A DNA stretch of 62,802 bases, counting the filler, from Bonamia ostreae (taxonomy: Eukaryota): NCBI GenBank assembly GCA_040357525.1. It is 40 parts of 40 records of this genome, joined end to end, with 100 filler letters (N's around TTAATTAATTAA, not from the genome) between each part and the next. Parts side by side here need not be neighbours in the genome. Positions count along the whole stretch, not along the records: positions 61,341 to 62,802 come from JBDODL010001765.1; 39 more parts are not named here. One strand, 5' to 3'. The notes under the pieces are model-generated. The model had not been told where the DNA came from, made no database searches, and worked only from the letters and a program-made list of their open reading frames with translations. Positions 61,349-62,802 of this stretch are shown here, in pieces (within the stretch, counting starts at the first letter, position 1; every line of letters starts with the position of its first letter). A program made the position numbers and the translations under genes.

Positions 61349-62802
61349 TTAATACATTAAATTTTTTAAAAGACAAAAAAAGTTAAAAAAATAATGTTTC
61401 AGATTCGTAAAAAAGCCAAAAAAAGTTATTTGCAATACCTGAACAATGGCCAAACCATCTTCAATCCTCACCAAGATAACAATACCAATATCAATCATCA
61501 GATTACGCCTCAAATTCTTCCCGCGTTTAAGCAATTTTTGCCAAACGCGCTCTTCGCCCTCTTCCTTTTCCCACTCGAGACTATTTATCCTTCGTGACAC
61601 TTCTTTCAAATGCGCTTCATCGAAAACACCGAAGTCTAAAGACATGTTGAACAAAGCTCCGATTTTTGTGCATTCGGGATGCTCCGGGCCATATTTGTTT
61701 GCGTACTTTAAAAAAGTGTTGTTGATTAGTCCCAAAGAATTGTTGCTGCTGTGGAATGCGAACCATTTCTGTCTTTCGTAAAGTTCGTTTATCGAAGAAG
61801 TTGTTCTCCTGTTTTTCGTTGATGTGCCATCGTCTTTTTATTAATTGTAACAATGAAAATTGTTATTGAAATTTTTCTTTTTTGAAAATTAGTTATTTGT
61901 ACAAAATTTAACATTTTAAAATAATTAATTAAAATCGACCATTTTTTTGACAATTTTTATTATTACTTGTAAAATCGATTTTTTATTATTATTTTGGACA
62001 TTTTTTTATTATTATTTTGACCATTATTTTATTATTATTTTGGCCATTTTTTTATTATTATTTTGACCATTTTTTTTTATTATTATTTTGACCATTTTTT
62101 ATTATTATTTTGGCCATTTTCTTATTATTATTATTTTGGCCATTTTTTGTTATTTGTAAATAAACAAAAATATTTTATTTTGAAAACGGAAACCTTGAAT
62201 AGAAATGTAAAAAGGTTCGACAATGTTGGCAGAGTTCACAAAGCGCTCGTCCCACAAAACGCTGTACATGTCTCCGTCCAAATCTCCGCTGCTCATTTCG
62301 TCACAGTGCGGTCGAGGACCGGTTGTCGGGAAAATAATGACGTCTCTATAAATTTTATATCTGTCGTCGGCTTCAACACAGCGAAGTTTCCTGATGTCGC
62401 CGAGATGGTAACAAGGATTGCGGAAAACTAGTACTTCGGCATTGAAGATCTTAGAATATCCTTCTTCCAATGTTGGGTTAAAAAAGCATTCTCCGTATTT
62501 TAATAAACCGAACGGATCACAAACGCCATATCTTTTTTAATTTTGTTATTTTGAAACATTTAATTTTTATTTTGGTCGAAAACAGATTGAAATTCTTTTA
62601 ATTTTGTTATTTTGAAACATTTAATTTTTATTTTGGTCGAAAACAAAGATTGAAATTCTTTTAATTTTGTTATTTTGAAATATTTAATTTTTATTTTTGA
62701 TCGAAAAATATTAAAATTTGATTCAATAAAAGTAATAAATTTCAATTAAATAAAGTACACTAATCTTCCTTTAGGAACAAAAATTCTCAGCCGTTCGGCC
62801 TC
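61349..62802 (-). CDS. Cellular (RNAi-type) RNA-dependent RNA polymerase, partial, protist
   Basis: RIFVPKGRLV|YGVCDPFGLLKYGECF..RNPCYHLGDIRKL..VIIFP..GPRPHCDEMSSGDLDGDMYSVLWD..LGLINN..SLDF. Introns 62532-62758 and 61834-62193. Confidence 0.93.

Noticed and set aside
62150-62470. RdRP as an RNA virus sequence
   Set aside because: It has the DLDGD cellular-type active site rather than the viral GDD palm, and it contains spliceosomal introns.

Overview
This is not one locus. It is 40 unrelated short contigs (1,484 down to 1,462 bp, sorted by length) joined by 39 artificial 100-bp spacers (N44-TTAATTAATTAA-N44), so adjacency across spacers means nothing. By gene content and intron style the contigs fall into four groups. 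(1) About 19 come from a gene-dense, AT-rich protist. I infer a haplosporidian oyster parasite such as Bonamia, which is not proven. They carry housekeeping genes (MAG lipase, IST1, SDR, PRP40, DHHC, ERCC6/CSB, kinesin-14, LTN1, CaMK, CCA-adding enzyme, Ulp1, RING-TRAF, eL6, E-Syt), an RNAi-type RdRP and a Cys-rich surface-protein family. (2) About 19 come from an animal host, most likely an oyster: ~166-bp satellite-like monomers, Penelope-like, SINE, Ginger, DIRS and Academ-like remnants, and VWDE and convertase exons with GTA donors. (3) One contig looks like a Bacteroidota phage. (4) One contig holds kinase and APE-endonuclease remnants that read through only if TAA/TAG encode Gln. The most striking biology is the protist splicing system: many 19-23-nt GT-AG introns, donors that are mostly GTT with almost no +5G, A-rich AAG acceptors, and a second class of 200-360-nt introns swollen by tandem repeats. 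All family assignments come from motif recall and manual translation. No database search was run.
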